Shown here piece by piece: positions 14,415 to 27,239 of a stretch of 64,000 bases of DNA. Source of the stretch: Azolla caroliniana (Eukaryota; Plantae; Polypodiophyta); assembly GCA_043228905.1 (NCBI GenBank), contig JBHGNT010000012.1:2790001-2854000 (forward strand), given 5' to 3'. The position numbers and the translations under genes are program-made. How positions within the stretch are numbered: position 1 is the stretch's first letter; each line of letters starts with the position of its first letter. Under the pieces are notes generated by a model that was given only the letters and a program-made list of their open reading frames with translations, was not told the DNA's origin and ran no database searches.

Positions 14415-15135
14415 TATATGCCTACACTCTCTATACTCTGCATACATGTATGTATGAATGTGTGCATGCATATATGCACATATACATACATGCACACATT
14501 CATACATACACAGATACATACATACATACATACATACATTATCATTATATTGATCTCTCTCTCTCTTTACCTCTCCATACATGTATGTACGAATGAACGC
14601 ATGCATGTATGTACGCATACATAGATTACCACCATATTGATCTCTCTCTCTTCACACTCTGCATACACATATATGTATGAATGCATGCATGCATGCATGC
14701 ATATATGTAAACAAACATGTATGCATACATAGATACATTACATTCATACATGTATACATGCATGCATACCTCGACACTCAGCATACATGTAAGTATGAAT
14801 CTATGCATGCATGTATGTACACATACACACATACATACATACATACATACATTGCAATTTGCCACCATAATGATCAGAAACCTCTATGCATGCATGCATA
14901 CATGGATACATACATACATAGATTGCCACCATAATGATCAGAAACCTCTATGCATGCATGGATACATGGATACATACATGCAGACATGCATACATGGATA
15001 CATAGACACATTCATACATACATACATTGACACCATAATGATCAGAAACCTCTATGCATGCATGCATACATGGATACATACATGCATGCATGACATGGAT
15101 GCATACATAGATTGCCACCATAATGGATCAGAAAC
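14415..15135. repeat. (CATA)n/(TGCA)n-derived complex repeat with higher-order units
   Basis: CATA/CATG arrays, plus the unit ccaccataatgatcagaaacctctatgcatgcatg at about 14862, 14926 and 15031. Confidence 0.9.
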
Positions 15136-15209
15136 CATTGATTCATGTAGTTTACATGTATAATGCATTAAGAATAGAGCTGTAGATTGATTCCTGGTTA
15201 AGTACATAC

Positions 15210-15372
15210 CTGTTTGAGAATCCATGGAGTATGAGGTATGGGTGGTAATGGTAGTAATGTCGTGCGTGAGCAGGGTGAGCTGTGTCTCCATGTCCTTGAA
15301 GAAAGCCATGGCCTTCTGGAAGGGGCTCCTCAGCTCCTCATGGTATCTTTGCAGCAGATCAACATATGCACT
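15210..15372 (-). CDS. KNOX: Class I KNOX, exon 3 (KNOX2)
   Basis: ctgcag|SAYVDLLQRYHEELRSPFQKAMAFFKDMETQL...SQT+G|gtatgt; 163 nt, ends in phase 1. Confidence 0.92.
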
Positions 15373-15486
15373 CTGCAGATTTATAAGGTAAGAAAAAGGA
15401 TGGGATTAACAGAAGAGATTTGGACAAAATTCAATGAATTAGGAGAGTAAATCCTGAACCTAAACAATACATAAAAATTTAATTAC

Positions 15487-15738
15487 CATGAATTTGTCCA
15501 AATCAGGATCATGGTAATCCATGGCAGGATTGTGGCATGGTAGTATGTTCTGTTGATGATTCTGAATTAATAACTGAGCAGTAGCAACTGCAGATTTCTT
15601 CTTCATCTTCTTCTCGCCGTCTTCATTCCCTTCATCTTCGTCTTCTTCTTTTTCTTTTTCTTCTTCTTCTTCCTGTTCTTCTTCTTCTTCTTCTTCCTCG
15701 CCTGTGTCTTTAAGAGCCACATCTGGAGGAGCACCAAA
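15487..15738 (-). CDS. KNOX: Class I KNOX, exon 2 (end of KNOX1, acidic linker, start of KNOX2)
   Basis: ttctttcag|FGAPPDVALKDTGEEEE...DPDLDKFM|gtaatt; 252 nt, phase 0/0. Confidence 0.93.
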
Positions 15739-15994
15739 CTGAAAGAAGCAGTAGCCATTTCATTTCCTCTGAATCTTTTTGTTGTTACTACTATTATAGC
15801 TACTTAGATCAGAGATTTTCTTTAGAGAAAACAGGTTTACAAAAACTCAAACCTGAGAGATCTGTCTTATCAAAAAGATTGTTAAAATTGAACAAATTTT
15901 TCCACCTTCTAAAAAACGCTGGTCCGAAACTAGGTTAAATTAACTGATTCAAGGTAGATTATGTTTTCCTGCATATATATATATATATATATAC

Positions 15995-17152
15995 CTTTCT
16001 GCAGTTGAGGTAAGCTGTGACAAGGCGAGGGTAAGACGGGTGAGCCATAATCTGAGCTTTTGTTCTTTCCATTAGGTCTTCATTACTGTTATTGCCATTA
16101 CCATTACCATTATTATTACTGTTACAATCGCCATTCTTTTGCTGACCCTCTGGTTTTAGACTAATCATGTGATTATTATTATTATTATTATTATTATTCT
16201 CTTGATCTGAGCTCGATGATCGGTTGTCGTTGTTGTGACGGGACGCCGAGTATAAGAGCAAATTGGAACTGTCGGATATGGTGGGGGTTGCAGGAAACTC
16301 TGTTTTGGTGGCAATAATATTGTCTACAGTAGTACCATTATTATTACAATTATTACTGCTACTAGATTTCTTGTGATGAGTCATTATCGACGACTTTAGG
16401 ACGGGCCGAATTGTGGCAAGGGACGAAGTATTATCGTTAAGGTTAGTATTAATGTTCCTTAATCTGTTAATATTACTCTCGTGACTCTGAGTATTATTAG
16501 GGTTAGGGTTAGGGTTAGGGTTAGAGTTAGGGCTAGGGTTGGGATTGTTGCTACTGTTATGATACCAGCTTACATTATTGTTGGTAAGCAAATCTTCGGT
16601 AGAAGAAGTGAATATGTGGTGCTGCTGCTGTTCAGAAGACTGGTTAATTTGATTAAGGCCATTCTTGGTATGATGGAGATGGTGAGGATGATTATGATTA
16701 TGATTATGATTATGATGATGATGATTATGACTATGATTATGATTATGATTATGATTATTATCATGATTAGCAGTAGCGCTGCTATGATTAGGGAAGAAGG
16801 AGGAGGGCAAATAAGTGTTCAATTGGTTGTAGTAATTTAGGGTTATGCTAGCAGGAGGGTTCATGATAGCAGAACTGTTGATCTTCTTCACAGAATTGTC
16901 TGGCTCGTTGTCATGACTGCTGGTGGGATTAAGCACCCTGATTAGGTGGTGATTCGTGCTGGAATCGGCAGAATTAGCGCTAGAGGCGGCAGAATTAGAG
17001 GGAATCACGACGCTGTTATGATGATGATGATGATTACTGGAGGGGTAGTTATATTGGAGGGAGAGATTACTGCTACTGTTGGTATGATTATAGTTGGGGG
17101 TGCTCCTCTGATAATCAGCCATTCTCTCTGAGTACAGTTCGATTCTGGGCAT
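15995..17152 (-). CDS. KNOX: Class I KNOX homeobox protein, exon 1 (long N/H/S-rich N-terminus and start of KNOX1)
   Basis: The ORF ends KAQIMAHPSYPRLVTAYLNCRK followed by a GT donor at 15994 (phase 0). The true start may be the ATG at 17122 instead of 17152. Confidence 0.93.
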
Positions 17153-17667
17153 ACAAAAATTAAGGATTAATTTTGGAGAAGAAGCCTCGTTGCACAGTCG
17201 AGTGATTAAAACGGGAGATCCAGAGATTAAATGGTGAAGAGAGGGGGTTCTGTTAATTAAGTGATGGAGCTTAATTAATTAAGGGGAGGGGGGAGGTGTG
17301 TTTAATTGGGGATTAGGCGCATTAATTACATGGCACTTACTTAATGACCCGAGATGGGCTTCTCGCGCGCCTCCTAATTAGTTGAAGGAGAGGGTTGGGG
17401 TTAATATTAATTAATGAATAATCAATGAATCAGGAGAGACGCCGGAATTAACAACAGTTGGGATAAATCATAAAAATAAAATAAAAAAGGAATTTTGGAT
17501 CGCTAAAAGTCGATCATTACCAAAATAAATAAAAATAGTTAATTATTTACTTATTATACGACAAGTTTTTCTCTCGATCAACCAAAATAAATATACTTTT
17601 ATTTTATTTTATTTTATTTTTTAGCTCTTTATCTTTATCTTTATTTTTATTTATTTATTTATTTGTT

Positions 17668-17916
17668 GGTTTGTTTTGTTTTCCTTTTTTCCTTTTTTTT
17701 CCTTTTTTTCCTTTTTTTCCTTTTTTTTTTCCTTTTTTTCCTTTTTTTTTCCTTTTTTTCCTTTTTTCCCTTTTTTTCCTTTTTTTCCTTTGTTTTCCTT
17801 TTTTCTTTTTTTTCCTTTTTTTCCTTTTTTTTTCCTTTTTTTTTCCTTTTTTCCCTTTTTTTTCTTTTTTTTCCTTTGTTTTCTTTTTTTCCTTTTTTTC
17901 CTTTTTTTCCTTTTTT
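17668..17916. repeat. Near-pure pyrimidine (T6-10CC)n array upstream of KNOX
   Basis: About 250 bp of TTTTTTTCC-like units; this accounts for the Phe-rich spurious ORFs. Confidence 0.95.
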
Positions 17917-18470
17917 AAATGTTTTTGCTTTTGCTTTTGTTATTTTTTTATCGTTTTGTAGAACAAAATAGATGTATTTTTAGTTTTATTTAGGATAAAT
18001 TATTCGGGCTCTTTTTGTAAATAAAAATTGTTTAAATAACCAAAAACAAAAATGGGTGATGTAATGAGCATGGAGCCAATCATTTTTTGCTTCTTCATTT
18101 TTATTTTTATTTTAAATAACCCGAAATTACATAAACAGCCTCTTCCCCTTTTAAAAGAAGAAGAAGAAGAAGAAGAGAAAACGAAGAGCAATTCATTTTT
18201 CTATTTGCTTTTGCTTTTTCTTCTTCTTTTGTTTTTTTTCCCTAAATACCCTTTGCTTCAAGGGGGACCCTAGACCGTATTGGTAGAGACTGTAGATCTT
18301 TTGCGAGAGAGTAGACCGTAGACCGTAGACCGTACTCTCCTTCTCTACTTTTGCTACCCAAGCTTTTCTACTACATAATGTACCAAGCGTTTTTTGCTCA
18401 TGTTTTCCTTTATCTTCTTTTTCTTTTTTTTAACCATGGTCTTTTTTTATAGACCATTGGTTAAATTCAC

Positions 18471-18472
18471 TC

Positions 18473-18503
<31 letters not shown>
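18471..18503. repeat. (TACT)n microsatellite
   Basis: Direct reading. Confidence 0.9.
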
Positions 18504-21500
18504 GCCTTCGAGAGGAGCGAGACGAGTGAGTGTCTTGTGAGAGACCTTGAACGTCATTGACTGATCTTCAAAACTTTGAACCTTCAACCTTCACATGTTT
18601 TCGCGATGTGCATGTGCTCTCTCGATTTCCTATCTATCACTTATCCACATAAAACTGATTTGTCCACATCCATCCATCCATCCATCCATCCACCCACCTT
18701 GATCGATCGATCCTTCACGTATATTAGCTTTCAATGAATGTGCTAGCTCCTCCGTTCGAATACCGAGGATGCCCCTTGACCAACTACTATTATGCTTCAT
18801 GAATTGAGTACTCTCTTTCTCTCTTTTTTTCTCTCTCTCTCTCTCCTCTCTCATTAACATCAAAATTCACATGTATATCCTCCCCCCAACACCACCACCC
18901 CCCAGTTGATGTGGACATGTTTCGATTACCTTTTGACATGGGAATCGTGTATCAACAATTTTATGTATTGAGCTGGTATGCATCGGTCAAGCATGGGAAG
19001 GAGAGACTTTGAGTTCCCATTGGTCATGAATGAAGAGGTAAACATTGATGAATGCCAATCTCGATGATAATATCTAATTTGGCAAACAAACTCTTCGATC
19101 GAGTCATCTCTAACCTCAATGAAGGCAAGATCAATGGTTGATCTACACAAAACTTTAAATATTCATCACCTCTTGATATAGACACTTTCAACTTTTGTCT
19201 AGGACTGCAAACACATTCGTCTTCAAGTATTTAATGATCAAGGCAAACATAACCTTAAAATAGGGATATACAATGTACCCTCTTGATCTATCACCTTCTC
19301 GGCTACAAACTAGAACCATTACACTCAAACCTCTTCAATACACTCAAAGTCACATCCACAAATAAGCTTAATGGCTCCACCAATGTGTGAACCTCACAGT
19401 GCCAACGTACTTTCATAAAATTTCAAGTTCAAACATATGCTTTAGTTTAACCAAAAAATTAGAAGAAAACGATTTATGCATCTTTGGATTTCACCAAAAC
19501 CCTTTCTTCCAAATGAGGCAACATTGCTACGTGGATTTCTTTCGTTTAACTTTGGTACCAAGATGTCCCAATCAATATTTTTTAACAATTAGACTAATGA
19601 TAGGAAGCACATTAATTAATGAGGTGGAATGACCAAATATTAAACATGGATAACAAAGGAATATATCTATCAAACTACAATATACCTTTTTGGTAATTCA
19701 ATCCTTTTGGGGATGTATACATCAAACCATAATATAGCCGTCCTACCTATTTAAATCCACGATGCTCAGAAGTTAGAACCGCTTATTAAACCAATATTCT
19801 TTAGAATGGATGGATACTACCACTAATTTAACCAACACTATTGTGAAAGTTTTGGTGACGTAACAACTCTTAATTCGTCGATATATATAGGATTAATCAT
19901 ACTAGGAAGTTTGTGCCACCTAAAGATTACAAGACAATTCCTTCGCTATAGGTTTAGTACAAGTTCCAACCCCTCACGTACCTTGAGGAGCATGTGGGTG
20001 CCAAGTTTAACCAACCAAGTGGGGTTGGGGCTTAACTCTTTCATCAACTTGTAACAATAAGAAATTGATGCAATGGTTAAGTTTATCCCAACATCAACAA
20101 AATATATGAAAATTAAGATAATACCTACCTACGTATGCATGTTCTCACAAGATGATCATAATAGTGAATTCTGAAAGGTTTTGGGTTGAATTCTAACTCT
20201 CACATAAGAAATGTAAAATTTAAAAGTTCCATATTTTTAAAGTTCAAGTATCACTATCTCGCATGACAAAGATGTGGGTAGTAAAAATTTTGGTATAAAA
20301 TTGTATACTATCTAGGTCTGCAATATCTTCTAACCTTCTCTTTTTTTTTATGTTGTTCCTTTATAAGAAGTAAATGAATAGTTAACAAAATTGTTCGATC
20401 AAATTCCGACAAACCACTACCATGTGCTATGTTTTTTCACAACATCATATTTCATCGATTTGGGGAAAAAATGTGACAAAAAGATCCCAATTAATAACCT
20501 TGAGATTTTATTTCTTTCCTCCATTTCTCCCATGCTTCATTAATTTTGAAGGTCAAATCTGGAACATTGACCATACAATTTGCTAGAGACTGTGAGAGGG
20601 GAGTCGATGAAGGGCATTTGGAGAAATAATGAAAGAAGAGGTACTCAATCTCAAAGTTTTTCTCCCATCATTCATGTGACAGTATTACAAAAGATGATAA
20701 TTATCAAATGCACCACAAAATACAAAAATCATCCATCTATATGTCATGGCACATTTGTTTATTTGTCCATTAACATTTGTTAAATGGAACTCATACATAA
20801 AAAATGCTATGTATATGAAACCTTTATATTTGTTGCATACAATCGTCATGCTTTGATGGATTGATTAGCAAGTCTTTCCATGTAGATCAATTATTGATTC
20901 AATTGAGTCCTCTACTTTACATACAGTACACGATTGGTGCTATTGATATATTGTTCAAGCCTATGAAGGAAATATTTGGCATGTTTCTAATTGAACTGCA
21001 TGTCACACATATTGTGGTCTGACTCTTGGGACTCGAGGAATGATGACTATAACACTTATGGCACAAAGCATAGAAAAGCCCCAACCAGTGGCATCATGTT
21101 AAACATGTGATGTTCATACGAAATTAGCAAAAGTTATTTACAACTTTGAGTTTTTGGATCTAAGTTGAACGAAAATTCTTGATTGTCAACACTTGTGTTG
21201 GATGAAACATTAAATTTGACAAACATATCTAATTTTGTCAATTTCCTTGCAAATACTAAATCAAAGGAGTTTGGATCACTATTCAATGTAGTTTTATACT
21301 CATGACTTAGTTTTCAAAATGCTATCCAATGAAGATGTGCAATTTACAACTCTATGCTACATTATTCATATTTGTTCTCCATGTGCTACATATGATAGGG
21401 GTTTGCGGCCTAATAATCAATGTCACAATTATATCGTAAATAATTCATATGTTTATGAGCATACTGTCCATGACGAGGGTGAGAACTTAATTGTCATCGT

Positions 21501-22768
21501 CACTTGTTCATATTACTATTCAAAGCATTACCCCTAACAAAAGGTGGGTCCTTATTCCAACAAATTCCCCCCTTTTTAGGTAGAAATGTACCTTCATATT
21601 AAAACAATGAAGTGTTAGCAAAATCCAATGATATGTTGGGAAAACCTTGAATAGTATTATTTGTGTATACCCGAATGTCGAGAGAACATGTAACAATCAA
21701 TGTCAACAAGTCATACGATCATGGCACCGAAAAGCTATAGAGCATCAGCACACATGTCACCCCTACAAAGGGCCCATTTGTACTCGTTCCATAAGAGAGG
21801 CATAGCAATATCTACCACTCTAGAGTCTGATACATACATGCATCACACCATGCATGTGCTATTTTTAAGCTTTGGTGCCCAACTTAGCTTTACGATAAGT
21901 GTATGCATTAATTGTGGGCCACTTGCCCAAAACATTATGTGCATTGTCGTATGATTTTGCAATCTTGGATATTGATGTGATGCCACAAATAATTTGAATC
22001 AAGCAATTCAATAAAGTTCATATATGATCCAAGCTAAATGGTTGTGTCTTGATAACTTTGGATTGTGGCTAGTGGTATCACATTTACATGAAACAATCTT
22101 AGTTCATCTATTAATTACAGACGATGCAACTATGATACTTCAAATTGATCCTACATTGACAAGGTAATGCTATCATGTGCATGTGAGCGGGCGCACACAC
22201 ACACATTTTGAACATGGTGTGCATTGAAGCCACAATGCTCAAATCATGGGCACTGACGTGTAATGAACGAGAGGGCATATGTAGAGGGAGTTTGTTAACG
22301 AAGAGTTGAAGAGGGTTGTGCCTATGTGATGCAAAATTTCAAGCCTACTCCTAGTTAGAACTATTTTTGAATTACGAAGAATAGAGTCAATTAATGTCGG
22401 TCAAGAGGGCCAATGTGACATATACATTGTATAGCTCATTCAAGCAATGAATATCAGCATACACTAAATGACGCTAAAAGGTAAAGTCAGTCAGGTTGAC
22501 CCATCCCAAAGCCCCATGAGCTAGCTAGCTCACGATTATAGCTATGTAAGTAGATTTTATTATTGTCCTTGGAGGTGAAATACGATCAATCGAACCGAAA
22601 GAGAAAAACTTTCACTTGAGATGCGTGGAGAGATAGATAGATAGATTATATTATCGTCTTCGGAGGTCAAATGGAACACATGGAAGGAAGATTAGCATGG
22701 AAGACATGAGAGAGAGAGAGAGAAAGAAAGAAAGATATATTAACGTCTTCTAAGGCCAAATTTGGCCC

Positions 22769-22770
<2 letters not shown>

Positions 22771-22820
<50 letters not shown>
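22771..22820. repeat. (GA)n microsatellite
   Basis: Direct reading; a (CT)n run also lies at about 23622-23658. Confidence 0.95.
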
Positions 22821-22824
<4 letters not shown>

Positions 22825-23618
22825 CTTGTTTTTATTAGTTGAAGACTTGAAAGAGTCATTTGCATTAGTCATCCATGGGTAAGGGAATATAGACATATGT
22901 ATCCTTCTAAGGTCATGCATGACTCATGAGGTATGACTAATGAGTAATAGTAGTGGTGATAGTGGCAAGTAATATAGAGTAGAGATGTGTGAGTGGGTAT
23001 GGTAGTCTATATCGAGTAGTTAGACTCTGACCTTAAAAACATCCCCATTGAGGAAGGAAGCTATAATAATAATAATAATAATAATGTTGCTAAGATAAGA
23101 AGAGAGGCTCATTATTAGTCCACCACCTTTTTTTTTATATGTATTTTTAAAGTTTCGAGATCCCGAAAAACAATCTAAGTGTGTGTATATGTTATCATAA
23201 AATATGTGTGTATATTATATAATGATGGTACACATGTGATTGAGACGATTCCCCTTCCTCTCCTTTTGTCTCATAAAGACCACACACACACACTTCCAAA
23301 AGAGGAGAAAAAAACAAAAAACAAAACCCATAAAATATAATACATACATATTAAAAGGATCATCATCATTTATATCCATCCATCCATCCTCCCAGGTGCA
23401 GTACTTACTTACTTGCTCACTTAAATGATTTTCTTTTAAATTTTAAATATATATATATATAAATAAATAAATATTTACTTATTTGTGCTGCTTTTTGTAG
23501 GAGGATTAAGGTGGTGGGGCACAAGTCCCACAATGTCTTGTTTTGGTTTTGAGGGTTGGTTTTAAGACATCTTGGTTATGGGCGGTTTCACATTAGTCCA
23601 CTTCCCAAAACACTTGGG

Positions 23619-23660
<42 letters not shown>

Positions 23661-24232
23661 CTAGGCACTCCTTTACACACACACACACCCACATGTTCAT
23701 AAACATGTATGTGAGAAGACCACCACCACCTTAACTCCAACATTCTTCCCTCCCATTAATGTGCCCAAACTAGGGCCTTCATTCTATGTCTAATTTCTCA
23801 CATTCCTTTGCTTCTCTCTTTATTCATTTCGTCTCGACCTCCTTTTTCTCTTTTTCTTTTTCTAATTCTGTAGTGTATAATTTACATTTGCTTTTTTGTT
23901 TGTTTGTTTTCTTTGTTTCTATCTTTCTTTTTCTTCTTGGCTCTCAATTTTTTTTTGCAATTGTCAATATCTACATTTGCTTTTCCAAGATCGAGTCACG
24001 CATTAGCATTTTTTGGCATCTCTAAGGTCGATTTATATTTTGCTCTTTTGAGGTTCATAAGTGAAAAAGTTGCATTTGTCTTTTGGTTTTCCTTCTCGTG
24101 AATTGCATTTGCTTTTTTTGGTTATCTCCATTGTAGTGATAGGCACCCACCCAATATTCTCATCCCACACCCTTCACGTTTGTTCCACTTTCCAATACTT
24201 GGGGCATCTTTCTCTAGGCACACATTTATATA

Positions 24233-24279
24233 CAAGTCTAAGACCTACAAGATTGCTACGCTTGTAGGTCTTAGACTTG
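24233..24279. repeat. Perfect 19-bp inverted repeat with a 9-nt loop
   Basis: CAAGTCTAAGACCTACAAG-attgctacg-CTTGTAGGTCTTAGACTTG. Confidence 0.95.
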
Positions 24280-27239
24280 CTTTTATAAATAGCCGAACTA
24301 TGCTTTTGTTGTAGGTTTTTTAGCAATTGCTAATTTTTTTTTTTTCTCCAACAATGGTTATACTATGTCTAAAGTGATTTACATGATACATGAACACTTC
24401 CAAATATTCTTAACAACTTCATCATGGATTTTTACCTTTTACAGCTGCTCTTAGGCTGCCATGGACATTCATTAGCGCACCACATTTTGCATACATATCT
24501 ACCAAAGCATTGGTAAGTACAATACAACATGCTTTTCTAGCAATCGCTAAATTATATTTGTATTCTTATATTCTTTGTGTAATTTGCATTTACTTTCTTG
24601 CCTTACCAAGTGTCAAAATTACGCTTGCGTCATTGCCTTTTTAAGCGTTTTTCTTTCTCCCCTCCAACCATAAATTGCATTAGCTTTCATGTTTCTCTTA
24701 ATGCAAGTGAAGATGTAATTATGTTTTCTTTCATAAGTTAGAATTACACAAGTTCGTTGGCGTTTTCTTGGCACTAAGAAACCAATTACACCATGGTGGT
24801 TTTGCATCATGATATCATCATCCATTATTAATGATCAATTCAAGAGGACCAATGACTTGTTGCACAAAAAACACTCTTACATATCCTTTTCATCTCGATC
24901 ATTGAGCTACAACAATTTACCTTCAAGCCAAGTCCTAAGTTTCCTTTAATTGAAAACTCCATAAATATTTGGGTTTCGCTTTTTAAGACGATTAGTGTTC
25001 ATGGATGAAGTGAAACTCACGAATCTACATGTATTTGACAACTAGTACCATCATACATATTGATCTTGCAATAGAGAGAGGTTCATGTCATGAATAGCAC
25101 TGAGAATCAGAATTTTCTTCAATGAATCATATGCAAGCTTAGTGTAAGTCATTTACAATTTGTGTGTCTGATAAAATGCGCTAGATAAACTCAACTGCCG
25201 TCGATTGGTTCAACATTATTTTTCCGTGACGTTAAGCAACTAGTCTTTTGTGCTAAGGCGATGAGCTATCTCATAATTATGAATTGGGTTTATTTAATAT
25301 ATATTGCTTATCATATTCAATGGCATTGAATCACATCTTTTAAAATACTAGAAAGAAAAAAGAAGTGTGGGATGTGAAATTATGTGGTGAAGGAGACATA
25401 ATGGTAAGAATTTGCATTGCACACATGAAACGACTCTCTGCGAGGATTTGATGTATTCAACAGTATATCTAAGGACATTCAGCCTTTTGCAATATTCAAT
25501 GAATAGTCATACTAGTAGTCTCCATCTAACCTAAACATGTTGAATCAAACATATTATATATTATTTCTAACTTCTTTAACTTTCAAAGTCAATCTTCCAA
25601 TTACTTACCCTAAATTTATTTTTTTCTTGGTTTTTACTTTTGTGTTTTGCAAATTGCAATGCAATATGGAGTAATAATTAGGCCTAGTGTTTATATATGT
25701 CGTGCTAGGGTTTGGGAGAACCAGATGATGTTACTTACTTACTTACTTTCAACTTTACATGTTACAAGTTATCCTCCTGATGGTAAAGGAGAAATCAGCA
25801 CTCAATCTGAACTTATCAACAACGTGGCCTAGTAGAGTGTAGACAAAACAAAATGGTGTCCAATGTGAAAGAGGAAGAGTGATAGTAAATTGCTCGACAA
25901 AAAAATCGTTTGTCCCATGAAATGGGCTCCCTGCTTGGCTGATACACTTCCTCGACGTACGAGGCACCACAAAAAAGAGCATCTAATGGATCCTATACCT
26001 TTACGCCAAAAAGTACTCTTCTTGGGATTGTTGTCAATTTCATGCATCAAGACAACGCGGTGCATGTGTATACTTTTAGTTTTTGATGTTGGCAAAACGT
26101 CAATGTGTAGGTTTTGTTATTCATGTGTGTGTGTATCATTGAGAGAGAGAAACTCTTGAGAGGGGGAAGAAAGTGATTATTATCTTGCTTATGTTTATGA
26201 GAAAGGAGAGAATCGATGTACACATGTACAACGTACATGTGGGAACGAACTTGCATACATGAAGCAAAAAGTGGCCACATGCATTTGAAGCAAATAATAA
26301 GCATTAAATTGGATAAGAACAACGTTCTAAGAAATTATTTCGAAAGTTGATTTTTCCCAAGTTAAAAATTCCAACATTTAACAACAAAAAGATTTGTGTT
26401 GGGGGACAAGATTGTGCCACTTTATCTTATTTGCTTCTAAATATTTGCATTGGCATTATATCTTGGATTGAGATATGATAAATTTTCATCACAAAACCGT
26501 GAAACTTATATCTCAAGATTTGCGGGCCTTTAATGTTTGGGTTGTGTAAAGTTAATTTGTAAAGCCATTTTTTAAGGAGAAAAGTGAGAGTGAACATGAC
26601 CTTAAAGTATAAATTTGAAGACAAATCTACAATCACTATAACAACCATAACTTTAACCTATGTGTTTCTCAAGCAATGGACCCACGAGCTTAAGTTTGTA
26701 TAACATACAACATTATCACAACTTTGTAATGTTTGTACATTAGTATTTAAATGCAAAGCATGTTGAAGCAAATAATGCTTGCATTATCATTGGTGTCCAT
26801 GAGGAAAAGCGAAATACTTTTGGCTTTGGCAACACCATTTTTATAGTTTTCTGGCTAGGAGAACCCTACATTGAATAAAACTATTGTGGATTGTAGAAAA
26901 ATCTGTATCATTTGATTTTCCTAAATTCTAAATCTAAATCAATCAAGTTTCTTGTGAAAAAATGTTCTTAATGTGGACTGAATTTGATTGTTTCTATCCT
27001 TGTCATCTTTGGGAGATGATTGAATTAAATTTGATATATATCTCCATAGAAAATAAACAAATGAATAGCATGTCCCCATGAAAGTATAAATTTAACTCCA
27101 TCAAAAACTAAATGTTTCAAAACTTCCTTGTTTGTTTTAGGGACGCGCCATGTTAACATCATAAATGGAAATGTGTGATAGTTGCAAGTATTATTAAAAC
27201 CCCTTTATATAGTAGTCTACCCCAAACTTGTTTTGATCT

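Noticed and set aside
14337-15163. Several His/Met/Cys/Tyr-rich ORFs
   Set aside because: They are artefacts of CATA/CATG microsatellites inside KNOX intron 3.
16497-16545. (TTAGGG)n telomere-like repeat
   Set aside because: It lies in frame within KNOX exon 1, encoding NPNPNP, and is only a few units long; it is not an interstitial telomere.
17663-17971. Phe-rich ORFs that look like membrane proteins
   Set aside because: They are translations of the (TnCC)n array in all three frames.
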